From positions 142,517 to 176,919 of the forward strand of contig WELA01000937.1 in assembly GCA_009602735.1 (NCBI GenBank): a stretch of DNA of 34,403 bases, written 5' to 3'. Positions 18,701 through 30,376 of this stretch are shown in pieces. The notes beneath the pieces are model-generated. The model was not told where the DNA came from. It saw only the letters and a program-made list of their open reading frames with translations, and did no database searches. Position numbers and translations under genes: made by a program. The DNA comes from Mesotaenium endlicherianum. Its lineage: Eukaryota. Within the stretch, counting starts at the first letter, position 1. Each line of letters opens with the position of its first letter.

Positions 18701-20439
18701 GAGACGTATGCCGCTAGTACAAAGCCAATGGGAATATGCCACACGGGCGGCATGCTCGAGGGGACCTAAGCGGACCCTTCATCTCTCTCACAACGCAATT
18801 CGGCTTGTTGTGACTGCCGAGTGTGCCTCTCCTGTGCACCTGCGCCTTCTCTCGGAGTTTGTGTGATGCGTCGGTCTGGACCGGTTGAACAGATCAATGG
18901 CTGCTGAATTTCGGACGAGAAGGCGCGGACACTCCAACTTTTGGAAAAAGTGTCACCTCCTCATGGGGAAAGGTGTGGGAGTTGAGGAGTCAGAAGAGGC
19001 GGCAAAGTATTCGCATCGTCATCTGCAATTCAAGTGCGCGCGCGTGCGTGCGTGTGTGTATGTGTGTGGGTATGTGTGTGTGTGTGTGCGTGTAAATGTG
19101 TGCTTGTGTGTCTGTTGATGAATCCAGCTTCTCATCAAGATGATCAAGAACCATAGAGACACGTGCATCCTCCCCTGACACTTCATCATTGTGGGTATAC
19201 CTTATGCAGATGAGTGATGAGGAAAGATAGGCACAATATATATATATCCAACATTCTTTTCTTCGTGTTCTTCCTGGCTACTTCTTATGTCCAGTGGTTG
19301 AAACTTGATGATCACGTACAATGCTCTTAGAGAGATTGAAATCAAATATCCATCTATTGTTGCCATCTGGCAGCCAATCCTTGGCCTGTTGGAGGAGGGC
19401 TACTCGATGGGCTTCTCAAGAAGCGATGAGGTGGCACCACCATGTGGCGGCGCGCACGGGTACGACAACTCTCTGGTGTCCATGCGCTCCATCTTCATTG
19501 GGCGTGGTCCCAACTTCCCCCAGAACCGCCAGGTGGCATCCTTCCGTAACGTGGAGGTAACTACTTTCCTTATCATACTCCCAATGCTCTCGCTTGTGTT
19601 GGTAGAGACTGCACATACGTCCACAATTTTTGTTGCGCTTCCTCAAGAGAAACCCTAAATTTACCAGTCTACGTCTGTGGTTAGCGCCATTTGTAGACGA
19701 GTACGTACGGAGTCGATGTGATAAGTGATTGGCCTCGCTTCTGAGGCTGCGTTGTATACTTCCAAGTGATGTTCTTTCGATCGAAAGGGTGCGAACTTTG
19801 AGGGGCAGAGAAGGACGATTGCGTGCTGTGGGAAAAAAGCCGGTGACGAGTATGCGATACCCATAGCGTAACAATTTAAATGCTCATTTGTTTTACTTTA
19901 TTGACAAATAAGGAATACTTCTGGCTTCTCGGTCTATGGTCGGGATCCATGCATGTGCGCGGCCCCATTTGCGGCTCAACTTATAACTTCTGCGCGCGTG
20001 CAAGTCAATATGTCCATTGAGGATTGTGGTAGGGTCTTGAATTGGATGACGCTCCCTTTCTCTCCATGTCTTCTCAACGCTGATAGTTTTCATGCATTGT
20101 TCACGTGTTTTTTTTTCTGCCCTGAGTTAGGTCTTTCTGACTAACTTGGTTTCCTTCTCCGCGCAGATTTCTGCTTTAACTTGACATCAGTACCTTCTGC
20201 TGCACCTGCCAATATGCACAGGCATTGGGCTGCAAGGAGAAAGACACAAATTTGGGAATCCATCCCGGGTGTACCAACATGGTACCGACCCTTTCTTTCA
20301 CTGATGCTTTTGCCTGGGCTTATCTCTGTGGCAGATATACAACATGATGACGCAAATCCTAGGGCTGCAATCGGCTCCCAACAACGGCACCCCGGGCTTT
20401 GCCAACCAGATTCTCCTTTTGAAGTCTTCATCCCTATGA
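8999..20439 (+). CDS. NPP: Nucleotide pyrophosphatase/phosphodiesterase (type I phosphodiesterase, alkaline phosphatase superfamily), type II membrane-anchored, 552 aa
   Basis: Exons 8999-9308, 9915-10146, 10982-11207, 12499-12609, 14671-14855 (identical copy at 15955-16139), 18194-18500, 19374-19556, 20335-20439. All are GT-AG and in phase, 1659 nt in total. All catalytic and metal-binding motifs are intact: [24 protein letters not shown] (catalytic Thr), [60 protein letters not shown]. The hydrophobic anchor [20 protein letters not shown] is formed across the exon 1/2 junction. Confidence 0.93.
12188..12282. repeat. (CA)n microsatellite, NPP intron 3
   Basis: Interrupted CA dinucleotide run. 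Confidence 0.9.
12616..12748. repeat. (CT)n microsatellite directly after the NPP exon 4 donor
   Basis: Long CT run containing one N. Confidence 0.92.
14134..16700. repeat. Perfect 1283-bp tandem duplication containing NPP exon 5 (copies 14134-15416 and 15418-16700)
   Basis: No difference was seen between the copies by eye, and the ORF-track translations repeat at offset 1284. The copies are separated by a single N at 15417, so this is probably an unmerged contig overlap. Confidence 0.92.
17494..17717. repeat. Degenerate 7-bp telomere-like array (GAACCCT/AAACCCT) in NPP intron 5
   Basis: Eleven contiguous units at 17528-17604 (gaactct gagcccc gaaccct aaacccc gaactcc gaacccg gagccct gaaccct gaaccct gaatgct gaaccct) with looser flanking units. 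Related to the plant telomere repeat CCCTAAA. Confidence 0.8.
18019..18172. repeat. (TG/CG)n alternating purine-pyrimidine tract before NPP exon 6
   Basis: About 150 bp of tgtg/tgcg units ending about 20 nt upstream of the acceptor. Confidence 0.88.
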
Positions 20440-22743
20440 CATACTTCTTACCTTTCGAGAGCAATTACACATGCGGAAGCATATCATGCTCTCTCCTCTT
20501 GTTAGAACGTCACAACGGTTGCTCGACAAAGGCTGACCAGATTTTGGCGCAGTGCAAATGGAGCAATTCTGGACCATGTATTATGAGGCTGAAACAACTA
20601 CGTGAACAGTTGTGCAGTTCTACAAAATTATTTGGTCATTCATTAATTTCAAGACACGATTGAACAATTGCGTCCGCATCAGCCGCGCATGCGACACCAA
20701 ATTTTTACCCATTTCAGTGTTGGTAACTTCTTACTTGTCTTGCGCGTCACCTACTTTGGTGACTGCTATGACATCGTTGCATCTCCTTGTAGTCTCGTAA
20801 AAGTGCACAAGAAATGCAAGGTTCAGCCATTAACTAGTGTACCTTTTGATGTATGAGACTTGAGCTGTACTGTTAGCATGTATATAGCATACACAAAAAC
20901 ATTCATGCCGACATAAGGTCCCGCAAATGAGGATCAAGAACTGGTCTTCTTCAATGCCCAGACAGCTTCCTTGCAGCTGTTCAACACGACTTCATCATGA
21001 GTTTGTCAAGACGCAATGGGGTCGTAGCTCTGGGAGCCCAAGCATAAGTTAATATCCAATGACGAATGAGCAAGAATACATTTAACTCTTCCACCATGCA
21101 TTTCAATTGACCTCAAAGTTGGTGATGACGTTATTTCACCCCTCATGCCCAATTTTATTCGGGAACAAGAAAACAGACAAACTACAAACTTGATAGCCTA
21201 GCCTATTACTGCAGACTGTGCACATACTTTCAAGGAATTTTTTGTCGGTTTCCCGTGCTCCTTCACTCTTTCAAAAAAATGCTGCCATGTCCTATTTATG
21301 TCATAGAATATTACTAAAATAAAGCATAGACTACCTGGCTTGGTCGAGTTTACACATGTACATCAGATACCACAGGAGTTGGTCCACTAAATCACTTGCC
21401 ACACAGATAGAAGGTACCCACACCGGCCGCTACCTTCAACAATACGTGTATTAAAACATTGCTGATGTCACCAGCTGTTTACAGAACTTAATAATTACAT
21501 GCTAGTTACTAACCACCACCTTAATCAGTGGGTAGGTACTCGACAAGAGCGACAATCTAACCTCGAGCAAGCCATGAAAGTGCAGCTGAAGTTCCAACAT
21601 ACTGCTTGTGCCACTCTACTGTCCTTGGGTCATTTCATATGCACACCTGCCCTGCCTAGCCCCTGCAGCTAAAAAGTTGCATCCTTCCTGCCTGGGGCTA
21701 CCTCCTGGTAGACGGAAGAGCCAAATATGAACAACTTCCCCACCTCCAGGCTTTGTGCCAGCCTCTCCAGCACAAAGGGCCCCTGCGGACCTGCATCATT
21801 GACATTGAAAGAAGCTCAATGCTCCACATTCTACAAATGGACTTCATAGCCTACTGGCGCCACACATATGCAAAATGTAGGGTTTCTGTTGTAAGCCTAC
21901 CAGTGAACACTGCAAGCCCCATATGAGTACAGTGGGAACAGACAGGTTAGCTGGGCAGCAACCAGCGGGGTTCACACCCGGTCTGATTGGCAGCCAGCTG
22001 GAAGGGCTAAAATCAATGTCTGCAAAGCCTGGCCCTGTTACTGATGGCACCAGCAACACGGATGGAAACTTTGCACACCCATTGCGTGTCATATATTGGG
22101 TTGTGAACCCCTTGCCACCCAGTACTATGCATGTAAATGCTGCAGCAGCAGTTCAGATACATCTGCAACCGGTCAGCCAGATCAAGAGGTAGGGCAGCTT
22201 ACAGGAGGAGGAAAGGAAATTACAAGGTGATGGCGCTAAGGGGGGGTGTCGCTTCAACTTTTCCTCCACCTGTTGAAGACAATGTCACAAGTGTCTCAGA
22301 ATACATCCCAGGACAGAAGATAGGTAACAAGTACCTGCGACATATAAATCGCACAATACTACCCTGTGTCAATTCAAATGATTGTTAACTGAGACAGGTT
22401 GCATGCCCTAACAGACGCCATCATACTTCTTGACAAACATGATGTACGAAAGACACTTCCACTGTGCCCACAGAGGGAGCTCGCACAATGGATAGGTTTT
22501 GCTGTCGAATCTATCTACCGCACATAAATATTTAGGACCTCATCACCCATTAGTAGAAATGTGAGGGCTGGAGATGCGGCTAGAAAGTATGTACTAAAGG
22601 TGAAAACTGACACTCTCTGCAAGTTAATGCGAAACCACGGCACGGGTACATTGCATCTCCACGAAGTCCAGAGCCATAGCCCAAGATATTTAGGACAGCT
22701 GGAGAATACTGAAGTAATAGCTGAAGGGAAAGGGCTTACATAT

Positions 22744-23172
22744 CTAAGCAGCAGTTTGCTCGATGGTTTCAGCCATCTTCTCTCCAGCAACCTTAGCGGC
22801 TCTGATGGTGCTGACAACGAACGTCTTTGTTTTGCTGACAGGTGCACACTTGTCTAGTGTCACGAAGTCCCCAACCTTACATCTGTTCTCAGGATCATGA
22901 ACCTGGTACTTCTTTGTCTTGACTATGCGCTTCTTATACTTTGGATGAGGAGTTATTCTCGTGACTTCAACAGCAGCAGTCTTCTCAGCTTTAATGCCAA
23001 CGACATAACCCTGAATCTTCTTAACGGCGGAAATCTGGAGTGGACCCTTCTGCCTAAAAGCTACGCTGCTAGGCTTCTGTGTAAGTACTTGAGTGCCTCC
23101 AAAGCTGCTGGAGAAGGAGATAGAGGCAGAGGCCTTAAGCAAAGAGCTCCCTAGAGAAATAGAGGCGGCCAT
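22744..23172 (-). CDS. RPS17: Plastid (chloroplast) 30S ribosomal protein S17 (uS17c), nucleus-encoded with transit peptide, 142 aa
   Basis: Intronless ORF from the ATG at 23172. A Ser/Ala-rich transit peptide MAASISLGSSLLKASASISFSSSFGG is followed by the uS17 core KKIQGYVV...KTAAVEVTRITPHPKYKKRIVKTKKYQVHDPENRCKVGDFVTLDKCAPVSKTKTF. The ORF-track start at 23190 is a non-ATG codon. Confidence 0.95.
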   Translation of the reverse strand: MAASISLGSSLLKASASISFSSSFGGTQVLTQKPSSVAFRQKGPLQISAVKKIQGYVVGIKAEKTAAVEVTRITPHPKYKKRIVKTKKYQVHDPENRCKVGDFVTLDKCAPVSKTKTFVVSTIRAAKVAGEKMAETIEQTAA

Positions 23173-24124
23173 TCTGCCGCACAATGCCAACTCAATTGGC
23201 TGTAAGAACAGACTTGCTATGTCACATGCCCAATACCCTGCTGGAAGTAGTAACAGAACAAGGACAGGCGTTTACGATACCTCTGTTATGGAGGCTGCAG
23301 TAACCAATAACGAGGGGGCAGGGTTTTCTAGAGCTCTGCTCTCTCGATGGATAGGGGGCCCTACTCGAGCCACGATTTCATTCCTTCGAAACTTCCTATC
23401 TCTTCCCGGTCAGTATGTGTACGATATTAGACCAAGATCATGTATATTTTAATTTGTTATATGTCGTAGATACGGGCTTTAAGACATGTGACTCTGGAAG
23501 ATGGACGATGCTCGATCGATGGTCCGCCATTGTGCAGGTTCTGAGCGCGATGTTTACTAACTTTGGTTAATGAATTTGAGAAATATTGATAATGTTCGAC
23601 GATCACGCTTCACCCCATTGCATGTCGGGGATCTGAGCCATCCGACTCAGAAACCGACCAGAATAAGGGGAAATGTAAGCTATACGTAGCATCGCATGGA
23701 GGTAATATATGCTGTAAATATATAGAGATACCACCTCAATGTCCTTGATCAGCTTGGCTCCCAACGGCACTGCTGTCGATCCGCTAAGTGCCTCGAGTCT
23801 CTCAGTTTCGAACCTTCAAATTGCTTCAAAGGTGACAATCTGCTGCACCTTCAGCATTTCCTGCTTGCACTAACATGCTCGGTTGACGATGAGCACGCAC
23901 CTCAATATTTGCTTGTGATTACACTGAAGCTAAAACCTTACAGCCTAGTCGCCACATTGTTTTGTCATGGGCATTCCAATTCAGTATCTTCATGGCCTTG
24001 GCGTTAGGAAGTTACGTCCTTGTTTTCAGTCTGAAATGTAGAAGCCGATATTTAAAAAGTTCCTTTTCTACAAAAGTCCCCTTCTAGATAATCGCAAGCA
24101 TCTCAACCTTCTCCTATCCTCATC
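23173..24124. promoter_or_regulatory. Divergent intergenic/promoter region between RPS17 and NDC80
   Basis: 952 bp between divergent ATGs, AT-richer and repeat-free. A candidate RPS17 5'-UTR acceptor (minus strand gttcttacag) lies at 23200. Confidence 0.55.
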
Positions 24125-27100
24125 ATGAGGCGCTCAACTCTTGCCGTGCTTAGCCCGTCGCAAATAAATCAAGCTGCGAATGGGCCTAGCCGTCAGCACC
24201 TACAGGATGCTAAGAAAAGGTTGACTCTCGGTACGGGTCCCTTAGGCCAGTCACATCATGGAGATGGTAGTGATCGTTTGTCAGCAGGTCAAGCAAGGGC
24301 CCCCATTCCTCGTCGGTCGAGTATGTATAATAAGACTCCTCAAATCGTCAGTGACCCGAGGCCCTTATCCGATAAGGGTTATCAGCAAACTTGCATTCGG
24401 ACCCTGATCACATACCTCACCCAGCATGGATATGATCACGCCATCTCACCAAAGCTTTTAACGACTCCAACTAGCAAGGAATTTACGCATATAGTGCAGT
24501 TTCTTTTCAAAAAGATGGACCCAAATATCAAATTTGCCGGGAAGATTGAAGATGATGTTCCTCTTCTATTTAAGCGTCTAAGTTACCCTTTTCAGATTAG
24601 TAAGAGTGCGTTGTATGCTGTCGGCAGCCCTCACACATGGCCGGGCTTGTTGGCTGCATTGACATGGCTAGTAGAGCTCCTAGTGTACGAAGAGGCAGCA
24701 GAACAGGTTAAAGAAGCAGGGGTCTCTTTTGACGACAATGGCCAGAAACTCTTCTTTGACTATGTCGGCAAGGCTTACCAGCACTTTATGGAGGGGGATG
24801 ACGAGAATTGTGAGCTTCTCCAGAAACAGCTAGAGAGGACGTTCCAGGAAAGGGATGCAGAAATTGCAGCCGAGGTAGACAGGTTGGAACAGGCAAATGC
24901 TACCTTGCAGGTGAATGCCTTCTCATACCCCCTGTTCCTGTTAGCAATGGCACCTTCTTATAGATAGGAAAAGTTGACCTTGTCGTCATTCATGGAGCTA
25001 TGAATGTTGTTTTGGTACGCCACACATACGATGGAGTTTGACGTCTTCTGCAAGTAAGGAGCAGGGCAATCAGGAAGCAAAACTTACATTTGTCGGGACA
25101 GAAACAAGATGGGCTGTTCTTTAAGTTGAGGGTTGGAGAGTGAGTAGGTAATCCTATGAGTTGTTGCTTCTTTTGGCGTCTCGCAATGCTGCACTGCAGC
25201 TTAACCGTACACAAGCTCACTAGCTATAATGATGACTGCAACCATGCTTCCTTTTGCTGCTTTCTAATTTTCACATTTCATCGCCTGATTCTCTCTTGCA
25301 CTTCAGCAGTGTAACAACCACTCACCAAGAGACTACGACGGTTCCACTCCTGTAGATAGCTCTAAGATTTTGCAACAAGAATGTGAATGTAGTTGAAGCT
25401 TAGCTAGTGTTGCAGCAACTATGTTGTACTGCTGGCAAGTCAGAGAAGGAAGGGGGAGTGGAAAAGTGAGAAAGCACATGCAGACGATATCTTACGTGAT
25501 CACTTATGTCTTAAGGTAGTTTCTTCTTTCTAGCAGGCAAGGACCGCTTCACTCCTTCAAGCTTGTGTCGTGTCAGCACCTTCGGCTGAAGCACAACCAG
25601 AAGCAGCCTTGAACCACTGTCTCCGTCAAAACGTGACGGAGGCAAGAGTGCGACAGTTCCTGGCTCTTGCACGCGGCGAGTAGCATGTGTGACATATGAC
25701 ATGTCCCAGGGGCATGTGTGTGACATGTGGCATGTGTGTTACATGTGCGGCATGCAGGTCCAGCTGGAGAAGTTCCAGAGCCAGCCTTCGCCTCTTGCTG
25801 CGCTGGAGAGCAAGAAGAGTGACTATCTCAGCGACATCGGGAAGTTCCAGAAGCTGATCGTCAACCTTCAGCAGCACAGACAGGTGTGGCCCTCCTACCC
25901 GTCCGCCACTTGCATGATGCCATCTCTACCCCCTCCATCCCTTCACCTGAAAAGCACTTCTGCTGTCTTCCTTCTTTCTCTCAGCGAGAGGAGGCCGCAG
26001 CAACCGGGCCTGGGCGACTGTCAACAAAAAACACTTCCAGCACTTTTCATTGTGGGGTATGCTCGTATGAGAGAGTATATAAGAAGTATATGTAACAACT
26101 TATTATTATAATAAGGATATATGATATAAGTAAGAAGGGTTGGGAGAGTCCTGGCTGTACCGCATTCGGTATGTGAGGTGCCTCTTACACTTGCAGTTTC
26201 TTTGTCACCAGTCACTCTTGCCCTCCATCCAAAGTCAATAAGCATCTGTAGAGACGCCACAAGGGGTCGTTCTTGTATTGTGAAAATCCTCTAAAGGCAT
26301 AGTCCAGGGAAAGGATCAGGGGGCCCTTGGTGGGCGTCTTGGCGTCGAGAGCATTTTTATTGAAGTTTCTCCAGGGAGAAGGAAAGTGAGAGAGAGCAAA
26401 GTAAGCCATGATGCTAGTTGAGGCCCCCAGTGTGAGCTTTCTGCTCCCAGTGCGTTCGCTTAGCCCTGCAGCAATGGACATGGCACGGCTGCGATGTATG
26501 ACTGCGTTCATGAGCACAGAATGCGTGTCAGTGTGTCACTGCGTGACAGTTGGCTCGGCAAAACGGAGGTGGCATGGTGGTGCATGCAAACTCTACCGCC
26601 TTCTTTTGATTTATCAACTCACCCTTATCTAGTATCTATCCACAAGCCACGACAGCAAGTATCGCATCTTCAGTGTGCCATGTCGGCTGTCAGCATGGTC
26701 AGCAGAGCTCCCTACCAATCCCAGCACTCCCTCCACTCGGACAGGCAGCGTGACTAGCGACACTCCCTCCCCTCAGTCCCTCTCTGGCAGTCAGTCAGTC
26801 AGACGATGACATGCATGCTCTCTTCTCAGGTTCCCTCCCGGCCCCCGTGCGCCGTTACGAGCGCAATCACCGGCTCTTCCAGAATGCCCGTTCTTGTGCA
26901 AGCATGCTCCTTGCCTCTCATACCGCCTGGCTTTTTACAGAAGCTGCAAACATGCGTCACTTTCCCCCCACCCCTCCCACCTCCCACCTCCCACCTCATC
27001 TGGACCCTTGGTTTGAATCACTCACCACTCCGCATCTCAGCCCTCTCACCAACACGCGCTCCGGCGCTGCCACCTGTCGCGTGTGCGCCGCCCCCCTCGC

Positions 27101-28207
27101 CAGGCACTGGAGAAGAAGCTGGAGGAGCGCAAGCAGGACCAGGCCGCCAAGGTCGCAGAGCTGGCAGCCTCTGCCGCCGACAACGAGGAGCTCCGCCGCC
27201 GCATCCAGGCGCAGGAGATCAACCTGGCTGACGTGGAGCGTATGACCAAGGAGAAGGCGAAGACCAAGGAGATCCTGCGGTCGGTGACGGGCCAGCGGGA
27301 GGCCCTGGAGAAGCAGGTGTGGGACCACGAGGTCCAGCTGGCGAAGAAGCAGGAGGAGCTGGAGAGCACAGTCCGGCAGTACCACACGACGGGCGACAGG
27401 TCAGCAACCGCTCAGCAGCATCTCCGCAGCAGCTCCGCTGCAAGCATGGTTATGGGCCTCTTTCTTTAAGGAGCTTTTTATATATACTTGTTTGCCGCAG
27501 TTTGTGTTGGGGGTTTGTGCATGCGCGAGCTCTCAATCTTGGTTGTCTCTCTTATGAGGTTGGGCATGCACACACACGCGCGCGCGCGCACACACACACA
27601 CAACACACTCGCCTGCTCAATCCCCCCCCGACCCACTCCCCCCTCCCCCCTCCNACACACACACACACGCACACACACACACACACACACAACTGGACAG
27701 TCAGGCATGCAGCCAGTCACTAAACCATTCTCCGCTGCGCCCTCCCTCTTGTGGAACGAGCGCGCGCGCGCAGGCTGAAGGTGATCCCTGTGACGGCCAA
27801 GCGCGCGGGCGGGGTGGTGTACGAGATTGAGCTTAACGCACGCGCCAAGTCCCCCGAGGACATGGTGGGGCGCGACCTCAAGGGCATCGTCAAGCCCGCA
27901 CTCGGCAGGCTCAAGGAGGGCACTGCCCAGAAGATGCGGGCAGCCCAGCAGGAGCTGCTGCAATCGGAGGAGAGCCGCGCGGCCGTAGAGGAGGCGCTGG
28001 CGGAGACGCAGGAGCGGAAGCGCGGCCTCGAGGAGCACCTGCGGAAGGTGCGCCTGCGGGGGCGGGGACTCTCTCGCTCTCTTGGAGACTCTCTCTCTCT
28101 CTCTCGCTCGTTCTCCCTCTTCTTTGTCTCTCCCCCCTGTTCTTTGGAATGAAATTTGCCCACAGAAAGGAAGAGCTTAAGTGTTGGTGTATTGTGATAC
28201 ACACACA

Positions 28208-28289
<82 letters not shown>

Positions 28290-28484
28290 NNNNNNNNNNN
28301 NNNNNNNNNNNNNNNNNNNNNNNNNNNNNNNNNNNNNNNNNNNNNNNNNNNNNNNNNNNNNNNNNNNNNNNNNNNNNNNNNNNNNNNNNNNNNNNNNNNN
28401 NNNNNNNNNNNNNNNNNNNNNNNNNNNNNNNNNNNNNNNNNNNNNNNNNNNNNNNNNNNNNNNNNNNNNNNNNNNNNNNNNNNN

Positions 28485-28530
<46 letters not shown>

Positions 28531-29715
28531 GCGCACCTTCGTACAGGTATATCCAGAAGTGTACATCTGAGTACACGTTCTTACTCGTTTGTCTGTATAC
28601 AGCTTACTTACAGTGAGTGATCTACAATTGCTCCACTACCTCGTTCTATTTCACGGCATTGCCCTAGTGCTTGCTTGCCCTTTTTCCACCCGCTGGACTG
28701 ATGCTTCCCTCAGGCTCCAACCGCCTCCTAATCAAACAGTATCAGGATGCACGCACAACTCTGCCTCGTAATGCCGGAGCCTTTTGTGGCGCCCGTGCTG
28801 CGAGACACACACGCAGATGGAGTGCAAGCCTAGCAGGTGCTGTGCGTGCGTGTGTGCTTGTCGCTATCGTCACGACTGCGGTCCATCCTCAACTGCGAGG
28901 CACGACAACGCTTTTCACAGGCACGGGCGCAGGCACGGGTTGTGTTACCTGTGGCTGGAATACAGCGCGTGTGATTGCACAACTCTGGTGAGAATGCCAA
29001 CACGTTGCTGCTTGAGGGACAAACAGTGGACGTAGTTGTGATGTTCATTAGAAAGCACTGTTCTCTTGGACCCCCCTGTGGGGAGTTGTCGGGAGTTGCA
29101 ACCGGTGTGGTCAGTCTGGTGTCTGTCTCCCCCCTCACAGCCTTACAAGTGCCCCCAATCATAGCTCGCGTTTGGGGATGTCGTCTGATCTAGGGCTTAC
29201 TGTGGCTGCGGCTGCGGCTGTGGCTGTGGTTGTGACACCTGGTGTGTATGTCCGATGGTTGATTCTTGCTTGCGCAGGCGGAGGCGCATCTGAGGACAGA
29301 AAGGGAGAAGCTGGACGCGGAGGTGCGACACCTGGCAGCTGAGGTGGAGGGCGTGGAGGCGGCGACAGCTCAGCTGCGGCTGGACAGCGGCACCAGCGCC
29401 ATGGCGTGGGAGGAGAAGCACCAGGTGGGTTGCCTCCCCTGCCTGCCATGTGGCATATACGTTGCACGTGATCGTATGCGGGCAGCTGCACACACGTATG
29501 TGTACTTCTGTATACCTACCTACCAATACACACACTTTATGGGCTGTACATGAAGTGTCTTGAGTGGTACGATTGTCCGTCCTGGGGCTTCTGGCTGTCG
29601 TTGCATCAGGTTGGCAGAAGTTTCAGCATTGGTCACAACAGTCGATGGGAATCGCCAAGGGCAGCGTCTTTTGCTGACGCGGGAACTCAGAGTGGAGTGA
29701 TTTAGTGAGTCTGTG

Positions 29716-29796
<81 letters not shown>

Positions 29797-29815
29797 NNNN
29801 NNNNNNNNNNNNNNN

Positions 29816-29865
<50 letters not shown>

Positions 29866-30376
29866 CATATGTGTGTGTCTGTGTGCGTGTGTGTGTGTGA
29901 CCATACGCGTGCTTGCCGTGTCACCTTGTGTCTCTGTGTGAGTATGTGCATTTGTGTGTATGTGTACGCATTTCTGGGTGTCTGCGCACGCGGCGTGCTC
30001 ATGTACGTGTCTCTCTGTGTGTGTCTGTGCGTGTATGAGAGCATGTGTAACTCGCGCATCCTGATATGCATAAGTTTGCGCGCGCGTCTGTGTTTGCGCG
30101 TGTGCGTCTGTGTGTGCGTGTGCGCGTGTCTGCCTGCTGGGCCAGGCTGCGGTGTCGGAGCTGGAGGAGAAGCAGCGGTGGTGCGCAGACAGGAGCGAGG
30201 AGCTCAACCAGGAGCTCATGGTGGCGCTCGACCTGCTCATCAGCCACAAGGCCCACATTGAGCAGACCCTCAACAGCCTGCACGGCACCTTCAACGCCGC
30301 CGCGCGAGGCCTGCAGGAGGCTCCCCTCCTGGAGCTTCCGCTGCTGAGCAGGAGCACGACGGCAACCGGCAGCTGA
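24125..30376 (+). CDS. NDC80: Kinetochore protein NDC80/HEC1, 619 aa
   Basis: Exons 24125-24910, 25758-25883, 27104-27399, 27774-28047, 29278-29424, 30146-30376. All are GT-AG and in phase, 1860 nt in total. A basic N-terminal tail precedes the CH domain DPRPLSDKGYQQTCIRTLITYL...PTSKEF...YPFQISKSALYAVGSPHTWPGLLAALTWLVEL. A long coiled coil follows, including the loop region LKVIPVTAKRAGGVVYEIELN...IVKPAL. Confidence 0.95.
25683..25757. repeat. Short degenerate tandem repeat (about GCATGTGTGTGACATGT) forming the 3' end of NDC80 intron 1
   Basis: gcatgtgtgacatatgacatgt / ggcatgtgtgtgacatgt / ggcatgtgtgttacatgt / ggcatgcag; the last unit supplies the acceptor AG. Confidence 0.7.
28199..28529. 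repeat. Compound (CA)n(GA)n microsatellite spanning an assembly gap, NDC80 intron 4
   Basis: A CA run followed by GA runs on both sides of Ns 28290-28484. Confidence 0.9.
29719..29863. repeat. (GA)n microsatellite spanning a short gap, NDC80 intron 5
   Basis: GA runs on both sides of Ns 29797-29815. Confidence 0.9.

Noticed and set aside
25229..25290. Possible intronic C/D box snoRNA (ATGATGA ... CTGA) in NDC80 intron 1
   Set aside because: The terminal stem is only 2 bp and I could not identify a convincing rRNA-complementary guide. A snoscan or Rfam search would be needed.
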